The translations under genes were made by a program, and so were the position numbers. Below are positions 22,708 to 35,187 of a DNA stretch of 64,000 nt, piece after piece. The DNA is taken from the sequence record NC_062581.1. The stretch is one strand, 5' to 3'. The notes beneath the pieces were generated by a model. That model was given only the letters and a program-made list of their open reading frames with translations. It did not search any database and was not told where the DNA came from. Position 1 is the stretch's first letter. Each line of letters opens with the position of its first letter.

Positions 22708-23076
22708 ATGAACGACCTAGCTGGCGCATTTGAAAGAAACAAACTTCGCAACTTCCAAGCTAGTTCTAAACTAGAAGGCATTGACTTGATAAAAGATATT
22801 GATCCAGCTGTCCTTCAGATTGCAGGTACTCAAATTTCTCAAGGTTTGTTTGTCCAACATATTGAAGATCGAATAAACAGCTTAGTTGAACTTGGCACTG
22901 GTGCAGGATCAATTGAATGTGTTCGAACCGGTGTACGGCTTGTATTGGACACCATCGATGAATGCAATATGTTATTGTTAGATGAAGCCAACGAACCGAT
23001 CAACCCACCTCATGAAACAGTCGATTTTAGTTTAGTGGCCTATTGGGATATCCATTGCGCTGACATTAATAGTTAA
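22708..23076 (+). CDS. IN[ST]-tail family protein with N-terminal YhfG/FicA-like motif
   Basis: N-terminal RNFQASSKLEG; ends WDIHCADINS*. Confidence 0.8.
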   Translation: MNDLAGAFERNKLRNFQASSKLEGIDLIKDIDPAVLQIAGTQISQGLFVQHIEDRINSLVELGTGAGSIECVRTGVRLVLDTIDECNMLLLDEANEPINPPHETVDFSLVAYWDIHCADINS

Positions 23077-23138
23077 GCCCTGTGTGATCTTATGTATCTA
23101 CGTTTGTAGATTCTGTCTGATCATAAAGGAGCCTACTA

Positions 23139-23699
23139 ATGGCAATTCTGAATAAGCAAGATGCAATCGCTGCACGCGTTGCTACTGACATCTCCCCTGT
23201 GGAAGCCGCAATCAATGATTACCTGACTTCTCAGCGTGTTATTGATTATCTCACCAACGTAGAAATTGCTAACCCATCTGTACGTGTAAACGTTGATGGT
23301 CAAGTACTGACTAAAGCTGCACTTGATGCAGTCAAAGCTTCGGTTGAAGCCGCTGGTTGGAAATCGGTTGAAGTCATCCAAGAAGCTAAGCGTGTAGTTG
23401 TTGCTTTCTCTGTTGAAGAGAAAATCGTTACTCCACCTGAGCCGGATGTATATGTTGCTACTGTAGCCCCTGGCTCAGCAAGCATCATTGTTGGTGCAAC
23501 TGCAAAGTTCACCGCAACTGTAACTAAAAATGGTCAAGCATACACTGCTACGCCTACCTTTAGTTCTGCTACCCCTGGCGTTGCCACTGTAGCTGCTGAT
23601 GGCACCGTAACTGGTGTTGCTGCTGGTACTTCGGTTATCACCATTGCAGAAGCTGGTAAGTACAGCAAGACTGTTACCGTCACTGTTACTGCTGCTTAA
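23139..23699 (+). CDS. Ig-like (Big_2) domain protein, probable virion decoration
   Basis: C-terminal ATVAPGSASIIVGATAKFTATV...FSSATPGVATVAADGTVTGVAAGTSVITIA. Confidence 0.8.
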   Translation: MAILNKQDAIAARVATDISPVEAAINDYLTSQRVIDYLTNVEIANPSVRVNVDGQVLTKAALDAVKASVEAAGWKSVEVIQEAKRVVVAFSVEEKIVTPPEPDVYVATVAPGSASIIVGATAKFTATVTKNGQAYTATPTFSSATPGVATVAADGTVTGVAAGTSVITIAEAGKYSKTVTVTVTAA

Positions 23700-23707
23700 G
23701 TCATATT

Positions 23708-23748
23708 GCCTCTCCCCTAAGGAGAGGCATTTATGCCTTTTCTTTTTA
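23708..23748 (+). terminator. Intrinsic terminator
   Basis: GCCTCTCC-CCTAA-GGAGAGGC followed by TTTATG and Ts. Confidence 0.8.
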
Positions 23749-23770
23749 TACATTTAAACAATTTAAAAGC

Positions 23771-23779
23771 CTATATTAC
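23771..23779 (+). promoter_or_regulatory. phiKZ-type early promoter
   Basis: CTATATTAC after terminator, TTTAAAA upstream. Confidence 0.75.
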
Positions 23780-23782
23780 TTA

Positions 23783-26700
23783 TTGGAATATACTCAATTA
23801 GGTTGTAGTCCCATGCCTAGAAAAGAACAGAAGTATTCTGCAAGTGCTGCTAACCTTAGCTGCTTTGCTAACTCGCTCTCAATCTCTGTTCGAGAGTTCC
23901 ATGTTTTCTTTGGTAAGGATTCTCCCCTGGCTGAATTATTTGCCAGTCATCCTGACCGAGACATTGTAAAGGTTGCTCTAGAAAAGCGCGACCTAACCTG
24001 GGTGTATCGAGTGATTTGGATTGATGCTAGTGAGGACTCTAGTCCTTATGATGTTGATGACCCTATTCGTTTCTTTACCGCTCAGCGCTTCAACCAGCTC
24101 ATCTTTGATACTTGTGAGATCAAGCATAACGCATCCATTAATTTCATGGGTGGTGTTGTGATTGATTACAAGCATTAAAAGATGGGTAAAAATCCAATTT
24201 ATTTTTCTTTTGTGTAGAAGTGGAGTTTTAACCGTGACTGGATATGTTATTGAAATCATGCGTGGGGAAGACCGCGTATACCTCTGCCAGGATCTGAAAA
24301 AGAAACCTCTTGTAGATCCTAAAGAAAGGAATGCTCTTGTGTTCCATTCGTTTGCTGACGGTAAGACTGCATTGAATGCTTTCTTGGCACTCAAACCCAA
24401 TTACGTTCGTCACCTCATTAAAGTGGATGACAAATACAAACGTCCCCTGCATGTGTTCCTTCGTCGTACCGGTGAAAAAGAAGGATTGTTTACCAGTGCT
24501 TCCATTTCCAAGATCTATGATTTTGTTGAGGTAGTTGCATGAACTGGGTTATTACCCGTTACAACGGAGAAGTATGGGAAGCCCCATACCAAATGCTACT
24601 CACTGAAGCACTGGTGCGCTTTATGAAAGACACCGGTTGCAGTGAGTGGGACATCAAACAAATCGTTAACACCCATTAAAAGGAAGTACGTTATGATCGA
24701 AATTAAAGTTAAGCCTCAACATGGTAAAGGTCCAGGTATCAACATCCATGGCAAACACGTAACCGAATCTGTGCATCAGATCTTTTCGCGTGTAATGGCT
24801 GCAAACCATATTCATAGTCCTTTTTATAAAGCACGGACTAAATGTTCTGCTTTCTTTCAAGGTGGGTATGATGCCCCTAAAGATAACTGGGTGTTCATTG
24901 AATTCTGGGGTTCCGATTATATGGACTTTGTTCAGATAATTCGGAAATATATTAATTACCTGGATAACGCAGGTAACCCACTTCCTATCACGTATAGTTT
25001 TCCCATTGAGCGCCGTTCAGAAGCAGAAGATATTCACCACTATGTTTTGCGTGGTAAATACTGCCATAACGAAGATGGTACCATCACCCTGTATCCAGAA
25101 GATGGTGACGATGTAATGGATTTGGTCGATTCTTTGGAGCGCAGCGGTTTTGTAATCAATTGCACCAAAATTGTAATTGACCCTTACGAATGGGAAGAAA
25201 AAGGTGCACTCGGTGTATTTGAAATGATCACCGAAGATACCTCAGTTCCATACATCTGGAAACTGGGGGACAAGTTGCGTTTCCTGCCGGTAAATGAAGA
25301 ACAGAAAACAGCAGTAGCAGATCTGCTTGGCTTGTTCAAGATTGCATACGTGTTCCAGAAGTTTGCAGATGAATAACGGATTAGCTTGGGAGCTGGAATG
25401 GATTGACCAGCATCCTGAGCATTATGAAGGGCCATTACATAGAGAAGCAGTGAAAAGAAATATTACAGCTCGCTATCTAATGAATCGGTTGATCCAAGGC
25501 GAAGTGTTTTATAAACCCGTTCCTGAAACACGTTACCAATACCTAGGGCTTTCTTTAGGTGCTGGATCACGACGGGAAGAACGATTGTTTGTCTACTGGA
25601 ATGCAGAAACTAATCAACTGCATCACAGAGATCGGGACGATTACAAAATGCGAATGGAGCGTTGTAAATGAACACTCTAGCAGACGGCGAGTATGACACT
25701 TGCCCAAAACATGGTCCTAAGCTATATATGCCTACGCGCCGTGTATTGGTTACGGACAATGTGGTTAGCCTAATCCATGATGAAGCAAACCCACCGGAAC
25801 CAAAACCTTTTGGCTGGCCTTACCGATTTTCGGTAAATTCCTTTTTTGCTGTTAACGTTATCTTTGATAAAGAAAAGAACAGGGTAGTACAATGACTAAG
25901 TGTGTAATTCATCTTGATGTTCCAATTCATGGCGAAGACATGAAGCGTACATATCTGCAAGAACATGATTCCTTGGGGTTTTCTGATCCCATATCTGCAA
26001 CAGAAATGTATCCACGTTTGATTGGTACATTAGATTCCAGGGTTTTGATTTTCCCTAACCCTAAAGCAGCAGCGGACTTCGCCGAAGTGTTTAGCCGCTG
26101 CGACGGCATGGCTACACCAGGTATGGCAGTTGGTTACCATGGTATTACTGAAAACGGTAATGCCTGCCCCCCTTTCCGCATTGTGCATCGCAATCCAGTT
26201 GTCCCAGGTCCAGATGCTGTAGCTAAAATTATGTCTGGTTGGGAAAAGCGCATTGAGGCTAAACGCCAAATGTTTCTTCCTGAACTACTCACTATGGCTG
26301 ATGTCACTGTTGGTCGTCAAGGGGAATTTAGCCATTCTGAAATGCTAGATGAGATTCGTTATCTTACCGACAACATGGTGGATGAAGAAATTGCTGCTGT
26401 GATGGATCGACTAAATCGTTTCAATCATGACAGCACGGTTATCACGGACATTGATACGTATCCTGAATCAGCAAACATTCATTACACCCGTACCACCGGT
26501 GATGGTTGGCAACAACACTTCAGTCTTACTATCTGCGCATTTAACTTGTGGGATGAAGCAGGTATCCGTCAACTTAACAATTTGGCACGGCGGCGCAGAC
26601 AGCATTATGGAACAAGGTAATCTACGTCAATACACGACTAGTCAAAAGTACCAGTTTTTTGAAATAGATAAGGATACCACAATAGACCATATCACGTTAG

Positions 26701-28718
26701 GTGAACGGTTTAGTTATGGTGACTTGTACATTGTACCCGAAACAGATTTGGAATGGCAAAATTGTCAGGATGCTGGTTTTGGGGGCTATGGCATATTTCA
26801 AGTACAGGTGTGTGTTAAAGAAGGATACTCATGGAAAAATGAATTTGTTTTTCGTGAAGCGCATGTGTTGATTGTGGGTGGTAGCATTCAATCCATTCAA
26901 CATAAAGCATTGACTTGGTTTGAAAATAACCGTGATTTGGTTAACAGTAAATACCCGCATCGGTACGGTCGTGAAATCACACCTATGTTGGTAACCCTTC
27001 GTTGTTTTGACCCTTACGTTCCTAAGGAAAAATAATGCTCGACATTAAGAATTACAATTCTCTCAAGAACACTAACAGCGGTACTGTTGTGGGTATTCTT
27101 CGTGGGTTTGGTTTTGTTGTCAACGATAACAAAGTTCTTGCATTGCAGGAATACAAAAATCGCCTTGAGGTATTGGCGATGAGTGTGCGTTTGCGTACTG
27201 CTGGCAAAACCAGCAATGCTGAACTTAAAGCACATATTGCAGCGTTACAAGAAGTGATCGATACCTTAGTTGATAAAGAAGGTACGTCGTATGCATACGT
27301 TGTTAAAACGCTGCGTCGTAAAATCAATCACATCAACTATATCTTTACCGATCTTCAAGAACTGGATAGTTTGGTAAAAGACTTTCAGTTGGTAAATCCT
27401 ATGGTGAGTCTGACTGTAGCCGGTGCCAACGCTTTGCATCAAGAAATGCATGGCCTGGACGGTTACATTGAAGATGTCATTCAAGAACTTAATGATAGTG
27501 TACTTGCAGTTAGTCCTAGTTAGGGCTAAAGGATATCAAAATGAGCGTTAAGCTAATCAAGCGTGGCAATGCATGGGTAACGGAATTCCTTGGCAAAGAG
27601 CGTCACTTTATTGTTGATTCAGACTTGGTCACTTGGCGCTCCCTTGGTGTTCTTACTGGGGCTGCTGTAGAGTTTAGTATTGACCTGGGTGGTTCATTGG
27701 AGCACGTGCGTAATCTCTTGACGGGGGAAGAACTTTCAGAGTTGGAAATCCCATCAGGTCACACCGTAGCAAGAATGATAAAAGCAACTAAGCTGTATGT
27801 TAACGGGGATTCACATGCCTGATGTAAGTGTTGTACATTTGTTGATTTTGTTTGGGGTGCTGCTATTAGTAGCATGGGGATTCTTGACGTGGATCTGTAA
27901 GCCCGTCATGGTAATTACCTTTGACAATGTTGAAATCACTACGCATTATGGTGCAGACCGCATTGTGGAGCGAACTGAGCTTGATTCTCCTTGTGGGGGT
28001 AAAAGTCTCAGTGCTGGCATGAACGACTTCTACATTACCATTACAGAGGGCATTGTCCGATACCATACTCCTGGGGAAGCAGCACTGTTGACCCCAATCT
28101 TACGTAGCTCTGAAGATATTCTTTTCTTCCGACTGCAAATTCGAGTAGTAGGTAAACGCATCACTCGTTTTGAGCCAACCAATTTGTCCAAACCTTTGGC
28201 CCGGTTAGCTTGGAGTAAAGTAGCGTAGTATCGTTAACGTTTCTAAGGAACGCAACATGTCAGAGAAATTGAATGCTGGGCAATTCCCGGTATTGCAACG
28301 TAACAATAACGCTAACCTGTTTGTGCAGCATCAGCAGTCCATGCCGCAACGCGTCACTCTACCTAACGGGGATCTGGCTGAAACGGGTTATGTAAAAGTA
28401 ACAGGTTCCGAATCTATTGATCTGTACGCGTTGTGTCAGAACAATGGTAACAGTAAGACTTTGTCAGTAAAAGCTATTGCCTATGTTGATGAAGGTGATA
28501 ACTTGCAAGTTCATCCTATCGCTCGGATGAAACCGTCAGAACTAAAAGATCCGGCATATACCGCTAAAGGTAAAACCCTTATTGAAATTGGACATGTGAC
28601 TAAGTTGGTTGGATTGCGTTGGGGCTTTAATCTCAAGCTTGATCCTAAAACTGGTTACTGCACAATCAGCGTAGATCGGGAATCCCCGATTGTCGGTTTG
28701 AAATTACAGTTTGATTAA
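23783..28718 (+). other. Early operon of about 11 hypothetical genes
   Basis: ORFs ~23783-24178, ~24208-24542, 24693-25376, 25369-25671 (DUF1653-like C-terminus), 25668-25895, 25892-26620, ~26607-27035, 27035-27523, 27541-27822, ~27815-28228, 28257-28718. Confidence 0.7.
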
Positions 28719-28721
28719 ACA

Positions 28722-28745
28722 GAGTCCCTTCGGGGACTCGTTTAT
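28722..28745 (+). terminator. Intrinsic terminator
   Basis: GAGTCCC-TTCG-GGGACTC followed by TTTATG. Confidence 0.8.
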
Positions 28746-28764
28746 GTTCCAAAAAATCACAGCT

Positions 28765-28773
28765 CTATATCAC
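28765..28773 (+). promoter_or_regulatory. Early promoter variant
   Basis: CTATATCAC after terminator. Confidence 0.6.
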
Positions 28774-28819
28774 TTAGAAGTATAGACTGCCTGCTATACA
28801 CAACAAGGGGATTTAAAAA

Positions 28820-29104
28820 ATGTTTAGTAAACTTATCGGTTTGGCTGTACATGGCATTGCTGCTTCTAAAGTAGAGCCAGGAATGATTCTTACAGCGGCA
28901 CGCGATATTTTTCAGACTATCATTGATCGCAATGGTAATCATCACGAAATTGCTTATGCTAACGAAGGTGACCAAATCCGTGTTGAACACTCTGATGACG
29001 TACGTCCGGGTGAACTGTTTGTATGTACTAACATCGATAACTTTGAAGAAGTTGCTTCGGTAAACCCACATGACCTTGATGATGTTTTGAAGGAATACAC
29101 TTAA
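28820..29104 (+). CDS. Small protein with SH3-like beta-barrel C-terminal half
   Basis: IAYANEGDQIRV motif shared with three other small ORFs. Confidence 0.7.
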   Translation: MFSKLIGLAVHGIAASKVEPGMILTAARDIFQTIIDRNGNHHEIAYANEGDQIRVEHSDDVRPGELFVCTNIDNFEEVASVNPHDLDDVLKEYT

Positions 29105-29454
29105 TGCTTGATTTTGACAATCTAAAAGAATACATTGAACAAGTCTATCGTGTTCGCATGGATCAATCTTTCTTAGAAAAAGAAGCTCCTGCGTTAACGT
29201 ATTTGAAGCTTGTTCGTGTATTGAGTTTTCTGCGCATTCAGCCAGTTGGCATGACAGCAGAAGAAATTTTTGCTGATGCTGTTCGTGAAGAACGCAATTG
29301 GGGTGGCAACAGTCCATCGCCAGAAACCCGCACGGTATTGCTTTATCAATTGGCTGATCTTCACGAGATCATTGAACTCCTCATTCGCAAATCGGAAGTA
29401 AAGAAAAATGACTCTTTCAGCGCAGAGCTCTGGAGCAACGACATTAACAGCTAA
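29104..29454 (+). CDS. IN[ST]-tail protein (outlying member)
   Basis: Ends WSNDINS*. Confidence 0.75.
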   Translation: MLDFDNLKEYIEQVYRVRMDQSFLEKEAPALTYLKLVRVLSFLRIQPVGMTAEEIFADAVREERNWGGNSPSPETRTVLLYQLADLHEIIELLIRKSEVKKNDSFSAELWSNDINS

Positions 29455-29467
29455 AGAAGATCTAATC

Positions 29468-29617
29468 ATGACTGGTCCTAACGATGAGCAAATGGTCATC
29501 GCTAAGAAAGGGGATGTATTAGAACTGGTTGTTGATGCCGGTGAAGTATATGAAGTTAAAACCAGCTCTGGTGTTTTCTTTTATACTCATCGCGATAAGG
29601 TTATACTGGCCTCTTAA
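29468..29617 (+). CDS. Small SH3-like protein
   Basis: VIAKKGDVLELV motif; 49 aa from ATG 29468. Confidence 0.6.
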   Translation: MTGPNDEQMVIAKKGDVLELVVDAGEVYEVKTSSGVFFYTHRDKVILAS

Positions 29618-29641
29618 ATCCAATGTGATTATGGAGGCGGT

Positions 29642-29977
29642 ATGTTTAGAACTGAAGCAAAGTCATACTCGTGGTCTTCGACGGTACATGGTCGAGGTGC
29701 ACGAAGTGTGTTGGTTACACAGGGGACTTATGTAATCGATCATATTTCCAGTGGTTGGTTTATTGTGGGTACATCTCGTACTGTCAGTGCTGACGTTGAC
29801 AAGCAAATTGCTTTGTTGAAAGCAGGCCGACATCCTAATCGGAAGCTGCAACAACAATACGCTTGGGAGCCCGACGTTAAGTTAATTGAGTTCCCGTTAG
29901 ATACAGCCAAACAATCTAAAAAGGTTGAAGCTGAAATCCGTAGCACTAATGATACGGACTATTGTCTTTTAAACTGA
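29642..29977 (+). CDS. Degenerate GIY-YIG-like domain protein
   Basis: GTYVIDHISSGWFIVGTS...RHPNRKLQQQY pattern; GGAGG RBS. Confidence 0.65.
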   Translation: MFRTEAKSYSWSSTVHGRGARSVLVTQGTYVIDHISSGWFIVGTSRTVSADVDKQIALLKAGRHPNRKLQQQYAWEPDVKLIEFPLDTAKQSKKVEAEIRSTNDTDYCLLN

Positions 29978-29986
29978 GGGTGAGTA

Positions 29987-32900
29987 ATGCTTTCGTATAC
30001 AAACATGCATTCCAAAGATGGTATTGCTGAGTTGAAGTTGATTGCTGTTGAAACCATCCGAGATTCGCTGGGTGATTCCGAATGGGAATTCATTCGCACT
30101 GATCAGGATATGGATTTCCCTTCACTGCATGCCACCATTGGTTGTGTACGTAATGGCAATCCCGATATTGTCATGGGGTTCCAAGCAGCGCCTGTGTCGA
30201 TGGGGACTATGCGCGAGCTGGTAAGTAACATGGTTGCATACCTGGCATGGAATAAAGAGTTTGTATCGGGTGATGTTGATTTAATTGATTACACCACTTT
30301 CCTTTTACAGCATCGTGGTTATAAAGATGCTGCTCCATTAGAAGCAACTGATCGTATTCATTTTCGAGAGATCGATGCGCAACGTTGGTTTGCAGGTCAG
30401 GGTTGGCAACATGCCACCTACTACACTGCAGATGAACGTAAGAATGCACGTTTCCTTCAGTTTGTAATGTCCGACCTAAACGGTCTTATTCCAGGCGAAG
30501 AAGGTTATTCGGGTATTAAACAAATCATGCTGTCGGCTGAACCATTTGGTAAAGCGGACAAAGTAACAACCCCAGTGAGTGCGGAACGTGCTCGCTATTT
30601 AAACTGAGGTTCAGATGTCAGATCGTGAATTTGAGGTTCGTGAGTTCGTCCGTTTGAATGTTGACGTGATGATTAACAAACCAGGTGCTGGCCAAGTACT
30701 TTACGCACCGGCTGGTACAATTGTGCAAGTCATGTCGTATGACCCAAGCTTGGATGCTAAGTATGGTGTACGCGCACCACGCGAGCCGTACCGTAATGCA
30801 CCTGTCACCGAAGCAATGATGGCTAAGTTACCTGAGGGTTATGTCTATGCCGAGCCCGTGGGACTATAGAGACGACCAACGGCGAGGGGTTATTCCACCA
30901 AGACGGTATTACATTGTTTTGGTGGATGAAAACCTTACTCCAGTTTATACTTACTCACGTTTAGTGGGTAAGTTTTATTCTCGTGTGAAGTCAACTCGTA
31001 AAGCCCTCTTCATAAAAACTGAAGAGCCTCATGAAAGAATCTATTTTGATCAGTACAACTATGCACGATATGCATTGATTGAAATAGGTAAGACTCCTGT
31101 TAGTTTAGATGTCCCAGTGGGACAGTACAACTTGCAAATTCGTGAAACCAATTCGGACGAACCCGTAGCGGTTCTTCCTTACTACGTAGTGAAGGAAGTA
31201 AAGTATGCCCCAGAGCGAACCAAAAGTGTTGGACATTAAGTTGTTCAATCAATCAACCCATTACTACCGTTTGGTGGTTCAAGGTAAAGACGTATCCATT
31301 ACCTCAAATGCCGAATCGCAAGACTTCAACGCCTATACCCGCCTGGCTGCTGATAATGGGCGTACCATTGAAGACGAATCCATTACTGGTATTGCCTGCC
31401 TGGGTAACCAACATCCGTCCGCAGTAGTGCGCGATATGTTGCGCGTGGTTAAGTGGGACAAACAAACCCTTAAAGAATACTCGATGTTTACCATTGGGGA
31501 TTTCTTGATTACCACCGACAAAGCAATTTACTTTGCTGTCAATGGCGATTTGGTTGAACGCGATCTGTGCTATGGTCTGGATCAAGTTCGAGGCTTGGGT
31601 TAATGCACGTAGTCCGCGTATGCCGCGATCGGATGGGTGATGATCCCATTGGACAAGTCTGTGAGGCTTCTAAGGTTAAACGTCTGCTATGGTGTCCTAA
31701 GGGCACCAGCAACACCATTGCTGACACTGCCGACTACCATGTAGGTATGATGATGGCAATGGGTTACGTTAATGAACCTGAAGAGCTTTCTAAGTTCTTG
31801 CGTAAGCTTAAGCAACCGGCAGGTGAATACTACGTCATGTTGTGGAATGTCACACGACGTAGCTCCGATGCAGTGTTTGAGTTTGATTTTAAGGGGTAGG
31901 CCTTCGGGCCTGCTTTATTTTGTCTTAAGGAAAATTATGAACAATTACGTCGCTTTAAAATGTTTTTTGTTACTGGTAATAACTTTCTTTATTCCCGATT
32001 TTTCCCGTATTGTTTTTCCTAGCTCTGCCGATTACTTTAGTCGGGGGGTTCTGTCATTTACAATACTGTTCATTATGGTAACTGCAGTTTTTACATATCC
32101 TGCATTCTTTGCCAAAAAGTATTATCGCAAATTTACGTTAGATGGCGTAACATTAGTTAACCGAGAATTGTTTTGCAGTTACACTGAACGGATGTCTGTT
32201 ATTGCAAACGGTTCATTTGAATTTCCAATGGATGTAAAAGAATTCTGGATTGACCTAGAAGAAACCTCTGACGGAGAATATATCCAAGGGGGAACTGTAT
32301 TTGAATTGGTTCCTAAGTTCCATTTGAATTTACATAAAGTTTCTTTTTATGACCAAACTGATCTGTTAAAAGTTACCATTGATAAAGATGGTTTTGTTAA
32401 GGTCGAATATAAAACTAACCAGCCCATGGTGGAAGGCTCTGCCCAATGGGAAATCTCCGAGGTTTATGCAAAATGAATACCCAACAGTTTTATGTTGTCG
32501 AAGTAACACGTAAAGTCGACAACATGATCTTTATGTTGATTGGCTACCATTCGCATGATCCCATGGATACCTGGCAATTCGAACCATTACGTCAGTACAA
32601 CGAAATGTCACTGTGGTCTAAACTGCAAACCATGACTAAGTTGGGTGATCACCAAGATCACAATAAATGGCTGGTTGATTTTGTAATCCCGGCCATGCGT
32701 CAAGCAGCAGTGAGCCATCCAATTCATCCGGATGTTACTCCACAAGCTGTGCAATCACATCTGTTAACTATCTACAAAGTTGATTTGATGGCAAGTTTAA
32801 ATCTACGTTTCAAACCAATGTTGTGCCAGACATTTCATTTGTCGGGTGAACCCTTTACTGGTGCAATAAAACAAGGATACTGTAATGAGTAACAAAACAA

Positions 32901-34814
32901 TCGTAGAAACCCGCGTTGAAACTAAAGATGCCAAACTTGCGCGACTGCGTAAAGAATACATCTTGGAACATTGGCCACGGTTTGTAGAACTCTTTCCGGG
33001 CATGCCTGGTTATCGTGGTGATGGCCCATTTGAACAAAAAGCTTTGGAGATTCTGGAGCTAAGTAAAGAAGCACAAGTTTCTATTACTGGTCAGAATTGG
33101 GACCCTGAAGATCTGGATACATTAAACAATCGTCCAGCTAAAGACTTTATTAAGCATATCCGTTCTAACTACAATCGCATTAACCTGGGTAACCAGTGGC
33201 GTGTAGTGCGTGATCAGTATTTGCTGGATAGTCGAATTGCCGCATAAAGGGCTACCCTGCGGGGTAGCTTTATTACGTTAAACGGATTGCTAATGAATCA
33301 TCAACATTACCTGACCCATGTGTATCCAATGTATCAAGCTTATTTTCCAGGAGGGATTTATTATCGTTATAAATCACCTATGGTTGAAAGGTTAGAAGCA
33401 CTCTACCGGGCGGCTGAAGTTTTGATTAACCATGCAACTGATTTGGGATGTAGCCATTTAGGTTTACCCAATAGTGACGTGCGTTTTAATGCAGTTACTT
33501 TATTAGAGCGTGTGCTCAATCATCATTGTCCCTTGAATGACCGAAAGAAATGGTTGGCTATTTGTAAAGAACATAATGTTCAGCATTTGGTTAATACCTG
33601 GAGTCTTGGGACTAGTAAACATGACGTAGCTAACTGGGCTGAATTCCGGGCTGCTTTAAAACAGTTTCTGAAGACCAAGCGAACGAATAGTTTAGAGGAA
33701 TAAGATGTGGCAATGACGTCTCAAGAAAAAACCCAAATGGCTAAGTTTCCTAGCCCATCTGGTCCCAAATACAAACCGTGGTACATGGCTAATGGAAACA
33801 CACATGTTTCTACTGTGGACATGTTTGACACTGACCGCAAACAAAATGCTTTCATTATTACGGTGTACAGCTATCTAAATAAGAAACAAGAACTGATTGA
33901 AGAAATCATTCGTGTAGTCCATCTTGGACCCATCACTAAAGACATCGTTGATGAGTACTTGAAAGAAAAAGGCATACCCATTTATTACCGGGAATTCAAA
34001 CGTGAATGTATCAATCGAGAATCGGTTGAGTTAATCATAAAACGTTTAAAAGCTTTAGTTTCATAAGTCATCAATTTGATAGGGTAGTAGATCTGTAATG
34101 ACGACAATTAAAGAACATGCTATTGCTAAGTTGCATGTAATGGCGGAAAACCCAGAATACATCGAATACCTTACTGTCAAGTTTCCTGAGTGGATGTCAC
34201 ATTCCCCAGGTGGCTTGAACTATCTACCAAATGTCTTTCCTAATCGACTAACCCGTGTACGTCGTTGGATGGATGCAACAATTGAAATCATTCGCGAATC
34301 TCAACGTCTGGGGATTGGTTTGAATGGTTACCCTGCACCAATGCCACCACCAGGTAGCATGGAAGAACCTGCTGTCTTTTATTCAGTAGCCGGTAAAATC
34401 CGTGATGCTCGTAAAGGCTGGAAAAATCACATGCGTCTGTTAGATTTCGTTCCTTGTGATGACCTGTGGCGTTGTGAAGATGCCCGCAGTGGTGCATGGG
34501 AAAAAGAATGGAAAGAGTTCCGTGAACTTGTCTATTCTGAATACGGAATAAAAAACTAGAGTCATCCATTAAATGACCCTTTTAACTTAACCATAGGTAG
34601 AACAATGTTACAGAAAAAGCAAGAAGTTATCCTTAAGCAAACTTTGGCAGTTAACGCACTTAAAGGGCGTTCTCGAATTGTTCTGGGTAATGAAGGTGAC
34701 AAATTCTCAGTGGTAGCGCCACATGAGAACCTGGCTGGGTACTACTACATGCGTGGTACCAATCCAGAGTGTCCACCAATGTCAGTTCTACACTTCACTG
34801 AAGTTGTGGCATAA
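29987..34814 (+). other. Block of hypothetical genes
   Basis: ORFs 29987-30607, 30615-30869 (SH3-like), 30841-31239, 31205-31603, ~31603-31899, 31937-32476 (2 TM), 32473-32892, 32885-33247, 33287-33703, 33707-34066, 34098-34559, 34605-34814 (SH3-like); internal terminators at 31897-31921 and 33251-33272. Confidence 0.7.
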
Positions 34815-34816
34815 TT

Positions 34817-34845
34817 GCAGCCCTACGGGGCTGCTTTATTTTGTT
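34817..34845 (+). terminator. Intrinsic terminator
   Basis: GCAGCCC-TACG-GGGCTGC followed by TTTATTTT. Confidence 0.8.
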
Positions 34846-35149
34846 TGGGGAATCTCAGTGAAAAGTAAGGCAACCTGTTTCTTTGCAGCTTGTTTTGTTA
34901 TTGGCTTTACAGCATTAGCTATTAATGCTTGGAACACATACTACCCAGAATACGTTCCGGGTTTGCCACACGCAGAAGAAGAACATCAAGAAAAAGTAAT
35001 TGCCATGATTCAAGGGCGCGTCAGTTATAAAGCATCCTGCATTATGGGCGAACGAGAACTTGATGTCATTTACGGTAAGATGGTGTATGATTGCGAAAAG
35101 ATTGCTCAACAAGTCTACGCATATCCAGATGTTTGAATACATCTGAAAT

Positions 35150-35158
35150 CTATATCAT
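35150..35158 (+). promoter_or_regulatory. Possible early promoter variant
   Basis: CTATATCAT in the intergenic gap before the 35188 gene. Confidence 0.4.
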
Positions 35159-35187
35159 CTCTTTGACACTTACATTAGGGGTAGAAA

